Source of the DNA: Pseudomonadota bacterium
GTDB lineage: Bacteria > Bdellovibrionota > FAC87 > UBA2466
DNA: 35,255 bases
Direction of reading: 5' to 3'
Assembly: GCA_043718025.1 (NCBI GenBank)
Contig: JAYSWN010000073.1
Location: 1 to 35,255 of the forward strand
Shown: positions 10,652 to 18,823 of the stretch, one piece after another
Numbering within the stretch: position 1 is the stretch's first letter
How the letters are laid out: each line of letters starts with the position of its first letter
Translations under genes and position numbers: made by a program
Notes under the pieces: generated by a model
Told to the model about the DNA's origin: nothing
The model's database searches: none
The model's input: only the letters and a program-made list of their open reading frames with translations

Positions 10652-10725
10652 GGGCGGTTAGCTCAGCTGGATAGAGCACTTGGCTTCGAACCAAGGGGTC
10701 AGGGGTTCGAATCCCTTACCGCCCA
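10652..10725 (+). tRNA. tRNA-Arg (anticodon TCG); CCA not encoded
   Basis: Acceptor stem GGGCGGT/ACCGCCC; D arm GCTC-AGCTGGATA-GAGC containing A20; anticodon arm CTTGG-CTTCGAA-CCAAG with TCG at 10686-10688; T arm AGGGG-TTCGAAT-CCCTT; discriminator A. Confidence 0.96.
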
Positions 10726-10750
10726 CTTTCCAAATCTCTCCTTATTAGAC

Positions 10751-10786
10751 AAAAAAACGCCCAATGAGCAGAGCTCACCGGGCGTT
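10751..10786 (-). terminator. Intrinsic terminator of the coiled-coil gene
   Basis: Minus strand reads AACGCCCGGTGAGC-TCT-GCTCATTGGGCGTT followed by a T run. Confidence 0.8.
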
Positions 10787-10816
10787 GTAAATTAAGATAA
10801 AGGCGAACTGTTTCGT

Positions 10817-11611
10817 TTAGTGAGTTTTTCGTCCGGGGAACACGCCCTTGAGTTCCGGCTTGGTCGCGGGCTGGTTATAACCAGAGCACTTGGCAAGTTC
10901 GGGACAGAGATTGTCCTTAGTGAACATCTTTTGAAATTTACCCTTCACGTAGGTCTCAAGCACGGTATCGGCGAGGACCGAATCGATAAGATCCAACTTA
11001 TCCTGAGCCGCCAACCCTTCTAGTTTTACTTGGTCCATGGTCTGTTGAAGTGACAGTTGGGCTAGAGCCTGACCGGCGGCGAGCATGATTTTGTCTTGCG
11101 CGTCCTTCAATAAACCACGAGCGGCGGATAGTTTTGCCTGAGACTCATCCAAAGCTTTCGTTAGCGGCGCCAATTCCTTATCTTTTTCGTTAATCGTCGC
11201 TCGAAACTTGGCAACTTGGTCACGAATCGTCTTCAGCTCAGCATCCCCCGAATCGTAAGCCTCTTTAGTAATTTTACCGTCCGTATAATCCTTCTCCAGA
11301 GCGGCCTGCTTCAATTTGAGTTCCTCTAGCTTTTTGGCTACCGGTGGCAAATCAGTGGTATTAATTCCGTGGACAATTTTACGTACCTTTTCCGCCTTTT
11401 CGGAAGAGTCGCCGAAAACCGCCAAATACTTTTCCAAATCGCCCTTTGCGGTCGTAATGCCTGATGACTCCAGCTTGTCCCGAAGCGCTTCGAGCATGTC
11501 ACGTGAAGTATGGTAAACCGGGCTCTTATCGGAAGGGGAGGCCGCGGATTTTTCCTGTGCGTTTACCGTAAATTGGCCAAAGCCAATCAACAGAATAAGG
11601 ATTCTGAGCAT
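10817..11611 (-). CDS. Secreted coiled-coil hypothetical protein
   Basis: GGAG precedes ATG 11611. Signal peptide ending VNA-Q, long Lys/Glu/Leu heptad helices and a C-terminal CPELAKC. Confidence 0.75.
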   Translation of the reverse strand: MLRILILLIGFGQFTVNAQEKSAASPSDKSPVYHTSRDMLEALRDKLESSGITTAKGDLEKYLAVFGDSSEKAEKVRKIVHGINTTDLPPVAKKLEELKLKQAALEKDYTDGKITKEAYDSGDAELKTIRDQVAKFRATINEKDKELAPLTKALDESQAKLSAARGLLKDAQDKIMLAAGQALAQLSLQQTMDQVKLEGLAAQDKLDLIDSVLADTVLETYVKGKFQKMFTKDNLCPELAKCSGYNQPATKPELKGVFPGRKTH

Positions 11612-11803
11612 TTTGAACTCCAAAGGTAAGGGTTATTGTCGATAAAGAGAGACCAGTATTATCGCACACGCTTCATCAACCCGGTAACGCAACGCGGCTC
11701 TGAAATGGCCCGTTATCGCAATGCTTCGTTCGCCCTTCGGGGCTCTCCCAAATCCTTATAGTTTCTGCGCCCTTCCACCGATAACGCTAGGTGGAGAGAA
11801 TGA

Positions 11804-12550
11804 ATGGCTAATGAATCAAAAGCGGTGGTCTATGCGCAGGGCGTTTGTAAAACCTATAAAATGGGCAAACATGACGTTGCGGCATTAAAAAATATTGATC
11901 TGACGATCGAACCTGGCGAGTTCATGGCCCTGGCGGGCACCTCGGGGAGCGGCAAAACCACCTTTTTAAATTTATTGGGCTGCCTAGACCGCCCGACCCG
12001 CGGCGAAATTTACATTGATGGCATTGCGGTGAATCCACTCACTAATGCCAAACTCTCTAAACTGCGGGCCAAAAAGATTGGCTACGTATTTCAGCACTTC
12101 AATTTGATTCCCACCCTTACCGCGTTAGAAAATGTCGAGTACCCGCTTCATTTGCTTCCCGATGCGCCAAAAAACCGCACCGAGCAAGCGAAAGAGGCCC
12201 TTCGGCAAGTGGGATTACTCAACTTTATTCACCACCGCCCTGCCCAGCTGAGCGGCGGCCAGCAACAGCGCGTGGCCATTGCCCGGGCCATCGTTAAAAA
12301 GCCGGCGCTAGTGCTGGCCGATGAACCGACGGCCGCTTTAGATCGAAAGACGGCGCAGGAGGTGCTGACCTTGATGCGCACCCTCAATCGAGAAAGTGGC
12401 ATTACCTTTGTGCTCTCTAGCCACGATTCGCTCGTTCTCAATTTTGCCGATCGCGTTTTTACATTAGTCGACGGCGAAGTGGCGAGCGATAACCGCCGGA
12501 ACACACGGCAAGAGACTAAAGACCAAAGCGAGGTCTCGCGTGTGGCTTAA
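11804..12550 (+). CDS. ABC transporter ATP-binding protein (LolD/MacB type)
   Basis: Walker A GTSGSGKT, signature LSGGQQQRVAIARA, Walker B VLADEPT and H-loop SSHD. Confidence 0.95.
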   Translation: MANESKAVVYAQGVCKTYKMGKHDVAALKNIDLTIEPGEFMALAGTSGSGKTTFLNLLGCLDRPTRGEIYIDGIAVNPLTNAKLSKLRAKKIGYVFQHFNLIPTLTALENVEYPLHLLPDAPKNRTEQAKEALRQVGLLNFIHHRPAQLSGGQQQRVAIARAIVKKPALVLADEPTAALDRKTAQEVLTLMRTLNRESGITFVLSSHDSLVLNFADRVFTLVDGEVASDNRRNTRQETKDQSEVSRVA

Positions 12551-13763
12551 ACTGAAAATGGCTTTTCGTAATACCTTTCGTAACCGCCGGCGTACGGCCC
12601 TGAACGTGCTGATGATTGCGGGCGGCGTAAGCACCATGCTGCTATTCGAAGGCTTGGTTCACCGCATGGTGGTTGGCTTGCGTGAAACCACCATTAAAAC
12701 GCAAACCGGTCACCTGCAGATCGCCAAGCAATCGTATTGGAAGAAAACTTCGAAAAGCCCTAAAGACACCCTGATTGGCAATTACGAAGCGCACCTTAAA
12801 AACATTAAGAAAAACCCGCACGTCACCTATGCCACCGGCCGGCTGAGCTTTTTTTGCCTTCTCACCAAAGGGGAACGGTCACTTAGCGCGCAGGGAATCA
12901 GCTTTGATCCAAAAGCGGAATACCGACGACAAAAATCGTTTAAGTTCATCGAGGGGCGTGGCCTTCACGCCGACAAAAAATTTGAAGTGGCGCTCGGTTC
13001 GGGCCTGGCAAAAAAATTAAAGATTCGGGCCGGCGACCAGGTGGTACTGCTCGGTCAGACTTACGACGGCGTGGTCAACGCACTCGAAATGAAAGTGACC
13101 GGCATCTTTCAAACGGCGATTTCTGAGTTTGATGACAACTCCTTCATCATCCCCCTCACATCCGCGCAAACCCTGCTAGACACGAAAGGCGTCGAGCAGA
13201 TCGTGGTGGGTTTGGATGACACCTCTTCCACCGGTAACGTTCGCAACGAGCTTAACCGTCGGCTAGACTTGGCGAGCATCGGAATCAGTATTCGCACCTG
13301 GTATTTTTTGGCGACCCTTTATCGCCAGGTGGCCGAGTTCAACCGAGTGCAAAACACCGCATTTAAATTCATCATCATGTCGCTGATTCTCTTGAGCATC
13401 ATGAATACAATCGGCAATTCGATTGCCGAACGAACGGGGGAAATTGGCACCGTACGGGCGATGGGTGAAAAGCCTTCGAGCTTAGTAATTCAGTTTTTGA
13501 TGGAGGGGCTCATTCTTGGCGTAATGGGAGCAATGGCAGGAATTATTTTAGGTACGGTCATGGGCCAAGTTGTAAATGCCATGAAAATACCGGTGATGAT
13601 GCCCGGAGCGAGCGCCTTCTTTTATCTAGAAATCGATTTTCTTTGGTCTTCGGTGAAAGAGGCCGCAGTAGTTTCTGTGGTATCGGCCGGCGTGGCGGCG
13701 GTAATACCCGCCATCCGCGCCTCGCGCATGAATATTATCGAGTCACTTCGTCGTTACGTTTGA
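12540..13763 (+). CDS. ABC transporter permease (LolC/E, FtsX-like)
   Basis: AFRNTFRNRRRT followed by TM1, a large periplasmic domain, ERTGEIGTVRAMG and three C-terminal TMs. Confidence 0.92.
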   Translation: MWLKLKMAFRNTFRNRRRTALNVLMIAGGVSTMLLFEGLVHRMVVGLRETTIKTQTGHLQIAKQSYWKKTSKSPKDTLIGNYEAHLKNIKKNPHVTYATGRLSFFCLLTKGERSLSAQGISFDPKAEYRRQKSFKFIEGRGLHADKKFEVALGSGLAKKLKIRAGDQVVLLGQTYDGVVNALEMKVTGIFQTAISEFDDNSFIIPLTSAQTLLDTKGVEQIVVGLDDTSSTGNVRNELNRRLDLASIGISIRTWYFLATLYRQVAEFNRVQNTAFKFIIMSLILLSIMNTIGNSIAERTGEIGTVRAMGEKPSSLVIQFLMEGLILGVMGAMAGIILGTVMGQVVNAMKIPVMMPGASAFFYLEIDFLWSSVKEAAVVSVVSAGVAAVIPAIRASRMNIIESLRRYV

Positions 13764-13764
13764 A

Positions 13765-15039
13765 TCACGTTCCCATCAAATAGCCTTTTAAAAGCACGTA
13801 GCCGCGACTGGCAGATTGAAAGCGGCCGAATTGGCTCTGCTCTCCTCCCAATAATATATCGGCGCCAAAGAGCAGCTCGATTCGGCTTGAAACCGGCACT
13901 AAGTAACGTAGCTGACTCAACGTGCTGCCATCGGTAGGCGCATAGCTAAAAATCACTTCAAAATTTTGGTCGCGGAAAACTGGCCCCGAGGCGTGCAACG
14001 TGACCAAAGGACGGTGGCGCGGCGTAACGGCCCCCGCGATCGATTGCGACAAATAATTTTCGGACACTTGGACGCCGAGGCGCCAGTTGGTCACTTTGGT
14101 GTAATCAACCCCCAACACGCCAACGAATTCGTTGGTGGTGTGGTTGGTATAGCTGCCCACATTAACCGCATCCACTTGCTTATCGAAACTGGCCAGCGCT
14201 TCGGCTCTCCATAAAAAGGGATCATACTCGGCGGTAGCGGTGGCGCCGAAGGTTTGAACGCGCGGGTGAAAACCCTCGAGTTGGGCTTCAAGCGGCGCGG
14301 GATTGGTTAGCGTAAAACGATAGTTAGCGGCTCGGTCATGATAATTGAAATAGAACAGCCCTAGATCGACTCCGTTTATCGCCGTAGTGCCGCGTAAACC
14401 GAATTCACCGTTTTCCAGGGCCAAGGGTAAGGTCCGCGAGTCGACCACGGTCAACTTTCCCGACGGAAAAAGGTTAGCGTAGTAGTTACCGAAATCGGTA
14501 CCTTGAGAGGGCGAACGATTGAAATACGGTTTAGGAATGTAGAGGAACTGAAGTGAGCCACCAGACAGCACATACTTTAAATTCACGATGGGCACGGTTA
14601 GACGCTGCTTGTTCATGTCGCCCAAGCCAAAGTCGCGCGTGTCTTTAGGATTTACCACGTCAGCAAAATAGAATCCGAAGGCCTCACCCCAAACCACCTG
14701 CTGATAACCTAACTTAGCGATTAGCGAAGGCGTTTTGTACTGAACGTACAGGTCGTTTATCGCCACCTCGCCGGAGTCATTTTTGGCCAGCGAAGCGTCG
14801 TAGCGCGGGTTGGTGACGAAAGCCACTTCGGCAAAGGCACGTACGCCCGCAATCGCGCTCCACTCGCCAAACTTTGCCTTCTGGTCGAACTCCAGCCAAT
14901 GGCGGTGCGAGGCGAGATCGCGCGGCGAAACTAAGTGATACGCCAACCGTGAATTCAACTCCATGCGGGTGTCGAATACCAACTGCGGAGCGGCAACGGC
15001 GGTCGTGGCAAAAAGGAAAAGAGCTAGGTGCTTAATCAC
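13765..15039 (-). CDS. Outer-membrane beta-barrel protein (DUF1302-like)
   Basis: GTG 15039 overlaps the upstream stop and gives the signal peptide (M)IKHLALFLFATTAVA. Motifs DLYV..LGYQQVVWG..DVVNP and alternating beta-strands. Confidence 0.7.
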   Translation of the reverse strand: MIKHLALFLFATTAVAAPQLVFDTRMELNSRLAYHLVSPRDLASHRHWLEFDQKAKFGEWSAIAGVRAFAEVAFVTNPRYDASLAKNDSGEVAINDLYVQYKTPSLIAKLGYQQVVWGEAFGFYFADVVNPKDTRDFGLGDMNKQRLTVPIVNLKYVLSGGSLQFLYIPKPYFNRSPSQGTDFGNYYANLFPSGKLTVVDSRTLPLALENGEFGLRGTTAINGVDLGLFYFNYHDRAANYRFTLTNPAPLEAQLEGFHPRVQTFGATATAEYDPFLWRAEALASFDKQVDAVNVGSYTNHTTNEFVGVLGVDYTKVTNWRLGVQVSENYLSQSIAGAVTPRHRPLVTLHASGPVFRDQNFEVIFSYAPTDGSTLSQLRYLVPVSSRIELLFGADILLGGEQSQFGRFQSASRGYVLLKGYLMGT

Positions 15040-15757
15040 CCAGTGATTCTTTGTTGAAGAATTTTTCATCCAGGTTTTCTTTTTTATAACCGTAGTACTT
15101 GAGGTGCGATTGCTTGTTGGGTTGCAAAGCATCTTTGATCACCAGCGCGGTCAAACGTGGCATGCCCATGACAACTTCCCGTTCGGAATACTCGCCGGTT
15201 TTAAGTAATTTACCCGACAGCGCAAAAAACTCGGCCTTGAGGGGGTAAAAGTCTTTTTCGGCGACCCACAGGCGCACTTTTCGGTAGGCCGCGGTTTTGT
15301 CTTTGGCCGTGAGAATAAGGCGGTAGTAGCTCACGCCTTTGAGTTTCTCGCGTTTTTCGAACTTAGCGACATAGTCGTTACTGAACTTGGCGCGGGCGAT
15401 GTCGCCATTGGCCACTTCGCCGGTCAGCCGCTGCTGCAGACCGACTCGGGTTGGGCGCTTTAAAGTGGGCAAATAGAGCCACAATGAGCCGGCCATCAAG
15501 AGCTTGCGGCCGGCCAAACGCTCGGGAAAGACCGTTTCCACCAGGGTGTACTTCATGTCCTTTGAGTGAACTTTATAGACATTTTCTTGAGCTAAAGCCG
15601 AGCCGTTGAAGTCTTTAACCCGCACATTGAACGAAAAGCTACCGTCCGGACCTCTTTTTTCATCTGCTTTGGTAACCACTTCCTGGGCCGTGAGGGAATA
15701 GGCCCGGGGCGAGCAAATGGCTAATAACAATAAGAAAAACGATAGTTTGGTGGTCAT
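15032..15757 (-). CDS. Outer-membrane lipoprotein-sorting protein (LolA-like)
   Basis: Signal peptide, then GRKLLM..LWLYLP..RP.R..QRLTGEVANGDI and EFFALSGKLLKT. Confidence 0.85.
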   Translation of the reverse strand: MTTKLSFFLLLLAICSPRAYSLTAQEVVTKADEKRGPDGSFSFNVRVKDFNGSALAQENVYKVHSKDMKYTLVETVFPERLAGRKLLMAGSLWLYLPTLKRPTRVGLQQRLTGEVANGDIARAKFSNDYVAKFEKREKLKGVSYYRLILTAKDKTAAYRKVRLWVAEKDFYPLKAEFFALSGKLLKTGEYSEREVVMGMPRLTALVIKDALQPNKQSHLKYYGYKKENLDEKFFNKESLGD

Positions 15758-15811
15758 GGCCGTTTCATAAATTGGGGGGTGGGGGGGGTACTAATTTATG
15801 GTACCACCAAA
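15746..15811. repeat. Nested inverted repeats around a G6-T-G8 tract
   Basis: Outer pair TTTGGTGGT (15746-54)/ACCACCAAA (15803-11); inner pair CATAAATT (15766-73)/AATTTATG (15793-800); G tract at 15774-15788. Confidence 0.7.
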
Positions 15812-15882
15812 TTGTTATGGCGCAGGCCGCAAAAAAATCTGCGCAAGGTTTGGCGTTCTGTTAAATTTAAAACTTAGCAAAG

Positions 15883-15958
15883 CGGTGGAACCCATGTGAG
15901 CAAGGGCTCAGAGCGGGTGTCCTCCGGTAAATAAGACCTCAGGAGGTCGATAGTCTCT
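15883..15958 (+). promoter_or_regulatory. Structured 5' leader of the RRM gene
   Basis: Long imperfect stem-loop at 15883-15926, and hairpin GACCT-CAGG-AGGTC (15935-48) overlapping the AGGAGG SD. Confidence 0.45.
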
Positions 15959-16366
15959 ATGGGCAAAAAATTATATGTGGGGAACCTTCCCTTTTCAGTA
16001 ACCGAAGGCACTTTGACAGATTGGTTCTCCCCATTTGGAAATGTGGAATCGGCTCGGCTAATTACAGATCGCGACACTGGTCGTTCGAAAGGATTCGGAT
16101 TCGTTGAATTCGGATCTGATGAAGATGCAGAACGCGCCATTAATGAGATGAACGGCAAGGAAATGGAAGGCCGTGCTCTTACCGTTAATGAAGCTCGTCC
16201 CCAAGAACCTCGTTCTGGCGGCGGCGGACGTGGCGGCGGTGGTGGCGGAGGCTACGGCGGCGGCGGTGGCGGAGGCTACGGCGGTGGTGGCGGCGGCGGT
16301 GGACGCGGCGGCCGCGGCGGAGATCGTGGTGGTCGTGGCGGCGGTGGCCGCGGCGGAGACCGATAG
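15959..16366 (+). CDS. RNA-binding protein: RRM domain with Gly/RGG-rich tail
   Basis: RNP2 LYVGNL, RNP1 KGFGFVEF, LTVNEARP, then a Gly/Arg/Tyr low-complexity tail. Confidence 0.96.
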   Translation: MGKKLYVGNLPFSVTEGTLTDWFSPFGNVESARLITDRDTGRSKGFGFVEFGSDEDAERAINEMNGKEMEGRALTVNEARPQEPRSGGGGRGGGGGGGYGGGGGGGYGGGGGGGGRGGRGGDRGGRGGGGRGGDR

Positions 16367-16387
16367 AACTCCCTAGTAATAATTTCA

Positions 16388-16426
16388 AGAGAGGCGATTC
16401 GGAAATCCGGATCGCCTCTTTTTTTT
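16388..16426 (+). terminator. Intrinsic terminator
   Basis: AGAGGCGATTCGG-AAAT-CCGGATCGCCTCT followed by a T run. Confidence 0.9.
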
Positions 16427-16510
16427 GCCAATTTGGAACCGGCCTCGTTTTGAAACCTCCCTATTTTCATATATTCGCCTGAAAAGCCGCATAACGACGC
16501 GAGTCGATGC

Positions 16511-16526
16511 TGGCATCGTCATTGCA
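16511..16526 (+). promoter_or_regulatory. Sigma54 (-24/-12) promoter candidate
   Basis: TGGCAT-CGTCA-TTGCA with exact GG-N10-GC spacing, about 50 nt upstream of the CDS. Confidence 0.65.
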
Positions 16527-16576
16527 CAAGGGTCAGGTCAAACAAGAGCCTCATTGAGAATGAGGTTCGTAAAAAC

Positions 16577-17230
16577 ATGAGGTTGAAGATGAAACATTTT
16601 TTCGCAGCAATTGCCCTGGTGCTCTCGAGCGTCTCGATGGCCACGTCGCCGATGTATCCCGGCCCTAACTACCAAAATATTGTGAACATTTCGGTTGGAT
16701 TTGGGACGTCGAATTCTTTGTACAACACTAATGAAGTGCTTCGCCCTTATCGTGGCGACCTACTCAAAGTTTCGGTTCCCGCCTCTTGCGGTTTTGTACA
16801 GATCGGCGCCCTCCAAGTTTGGGGTCGCACGTTGGAGACTAACCAGCGCCTACAACTTCCGCTGGCTTTGATCGGCACCGAGCCTTCTTTCGTCGGCACC
16901 TCGTGGACTTATCAAGTGAATGGAGGCCGCGCGGCTACCGTGCGCGATATTGGAATGCTCATCACCACCAATAGCCCCTACGGCTGCCAAGTGAGTTTTG
17001 AACAAGCCAATAGCAAAGGCGGCAACGATGAATGCAATGCCAATTACGCTTGCCCAATGCATGTCGACAACACGCGTTATTGCGAAGCCCGTTCTTTCGG
17101 CAACCTTCCTAGCTTTGTGGAAGACGCCCACATCGGCTCTGACAATAGCTGTGTGGTTTCTCAGCGTCTGAAGGGGCAAATTTGCCGCGCTGGTTACAAA
17201 CCGAGCCAGTTCCAGATTTCTTGCAACTAA
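16577..17230 (+). CDS. Secreted Cys-rich hypothetical protein
   Basis: Signal peptide (alternative start 16589), a beta-rich domain with 2 Cys and a C-terminal module with 6 Cys. Confidence 0.75.
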   Translation: MRLKMKHFFAAIALVLSSVSMATSPMYPGPNYQNIVNISVGFGTSNSLYNTNEVLRPYRGDLLKVSVPASCGFVQIGALQVWGRTLETNQRLQLPLALIGTEPSFVGTSWTYQVNGGRAATVRDIGMLITTNSPYGCQVSFEQANSKGGNDECNANYACPMHVDNTRYCEARSFGNLPSFVEDAHIGSDNSCVVSQRLKGQICRAGYKPSQFQISCN

Positions 17231-17264
17231 TCTTGCTTGAAACGGGTTGGGGAGATTAAGCCCT

Positions 17265-17301
17265 AGAGGGCCTACCGGCGACGGTAGGCCCTCTTCATTT
17301 T
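17265..17301 (+). terminator. Intrinsic terminator
   Basis: AGAGGGCCTACCG-GCGA-CGGTAGGCCCTCT-TCATTTT. Confidence 0.85.
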
Positions 17302-17451
17302 CAGTATCTAATTTTAATCAATATAATGCCTGTCGCCCCTAGGCACTTCGCGCTGCTATCCCGATAGGGTTCGCAATACCGCCACCGCCAGCCGCCAAAT
17401 TTATCGATAAGGGCCTTGTCCTAAAGGGCCGTGAGCGATTAGAGAAAAGAC

Positions 17452-18087
17452 ATGATTCAAAAAACTTTGGTGGTGGGCCCCTTCCAATGCAACTGCGCCA
17501 TTCTCGCGTGCGAAAAAACCAAAGAGGCCATTGTCATTGATCCGGGTGACGAGCCCGAGCGAATTCTTTCTGCCATTGAGGCCCAAGGGCTAAAAATAAA
17601 ATACTTACTGCACACCCACGCCCATCTTGATCACGTCGGCGCCACCCGAAAATTAAAAGAGGGCGGCCACGGCGATATTTGCCTGCACGCCGGCGACAAG
17701 ACCATTTACGACAACCTTCCCATGCAGGGGCAGATGTTTGGCCTGAAGATGGAACCCGGAGCTGCCATTGACCAGTTCTTAGAAGACGAACAAGAGCTCA
17801 CCTTTGGCGAGCATAAATTCAAAGTGATCCACACGCCGGGCCATAGCCCCGGTGGGGTCTGTTTTCAGGTGCAAGGCGGAGTCGAAAAAGAGCAGCTATT
17901 TTCGGGCGACACCCTTTTTCAGCTCAGCGTCGGACGTACCGATTTGTGGGGCGGCGACCAAGATCTGCTTTTTCGTTCGATTCGTAACCGCCTCTTCACC
18001 CTTGAAGGCGAAATGAAAGTGCACCCTGGCCACGGACCCAGTACGACCATTGGTTTCGAAAAAACCAAAAATCCATTCTTTAAATAA
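17452..18087 (+). CDS. MBL-fold metallo-hydrolase (glyoxalase II-like)
   Basis: Motifs THAHLDH, HTPGHSPG, FSGDTLF and PGHG. Confidence 0.93.
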   Translation: MIQKTLVVGPFQCNCAILACEKTKEAIVIDPGDEPERILSAIEAQGLKIKYLLHTHAHLDHVGATRKLKEGGHGDICLHAGDKTIYDNLPMQGQMFGLKMEPGAAIDQFLEDEQELTFGEHKFKVIHTPGHSPGGVCFQVQGGVEKEQLFSGDTLFQLSVGRTDLWGGDQDLLFRSIRNRLFTLEGEMKVHPGHGPSTTIGFEKTKNPFFK

Positions 18088-18094
18088 TTAGAAA

Positions 18095-18823
18095 TTAATT
18101 AATGCGAGCAACGTCGCGCTGCGAGTTGGGCGGAGTCCAAAACATTCGTGAGGGTTTTCCCGCCGACGGAAGTCCCATGGGCGAAGCAAACTGAACATTA
18201 GCGCGCGGAGCCGGCACCTCAATGGGCGAAGTAAGGTTGTCGGCGAGTTGGCGATCAATTTCGGCCGAAAGTTGGTGTTTGCGAAGCGCCGCCAAATTGC
18301 GGTTCACCGCAACGAAATACTTAAAGCGGTTTTCGAAACGGACGGCGTTGTAATAGGACCAGTAAGGCAACGTCTTTCCTTTCGAAAGGCGATCTTTCAA
18401 ATCTTTTAAAATCCAAGCGGCCATCATGAATGACTTGGCCGGATTGTGTAGGTCCGCAATTTTTGGATTCTTGAAATGTTTTTTAAAGGCACTTTGTTTG
18501 AGCCACATTTTACGAATTTGCGAAATGCCGTGCTCACCGGCACGACCTTCGGGAAGGTTTTCGCGAAACGCCGTTTCCTGTTGATGGATGGCTATAAGCA
18601 CTGCCGCATCAATATCGAATCGAGTGGCGGCCCGGTAAATTCCCAAGCCGTACTCCATCAATTTGGTTTCACCGAGGTAGGGCTGCACGGCCTTGATGGC
18701 GTGGGCAATCTTTACCACTTCGCCCAAAGTTTCATGGGTAAGGCGGTTGCCGTCGGCGTGCGAAAACCCGCTCACCAAAAACAGAAATGTAAGAAGTAAC
18801 TTAGCCACGTTGCCCTTAAACAT
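18095..18823 (-). CDS. Exported lytic transglycosylase (SLT-like) domain protein
   Basis: Signal peptide; motif I AIHQQETAF (catalytic Glu), motif II GISQI, motif III YYN. Confidence 0.7.
   Translation of the reverse strand: MFKGNVAKLLLTFLFLVSGFSHADGNRLTHETLGEVVKIAHAIKAVQPYLGETKLMEYGLGIYRAATRFDIDAAVLIAIHQQETAFRENLPEGRAGEHGISQIRKMWLKQSAFKKHFKNPKIADLHNPAKSFMMAAWILKDLKDRLSKGKTLPYWSYYNAVRFENRFKYFVAVNRNLAALRKHQLSAEIDRQLADNLTSPIEVPAPRANVQFASPMGLPSAGKPSRMFWTPPNSQRDVARIN

Noticed and set aside
15040..15132. N-terminal extension of the barrel ORF
   Set aside because: It overlaps the lolA-like CDS. GTG 15039 gives a proper signal peptide and translational coupling.
16173..16470. Ala/Val-, His/Arg- and Pro-rich alternative ORFs over the RRM tail
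   Set aside because: These are shadow frames of the GGC/GGT repeat.
10652..17301. Genomic island or prophage integrated at tRNA-Arg
   Set aside because: No integrase, no duplicated tRNA 3' end found by eye, and no phage or transposase genes.
17452..18087. Metallo-beta-lactamase resistance gene
   Set aside because: No signal peptide, and the motifs fit cytoplasmic glyoxalase II-like hydrolases.
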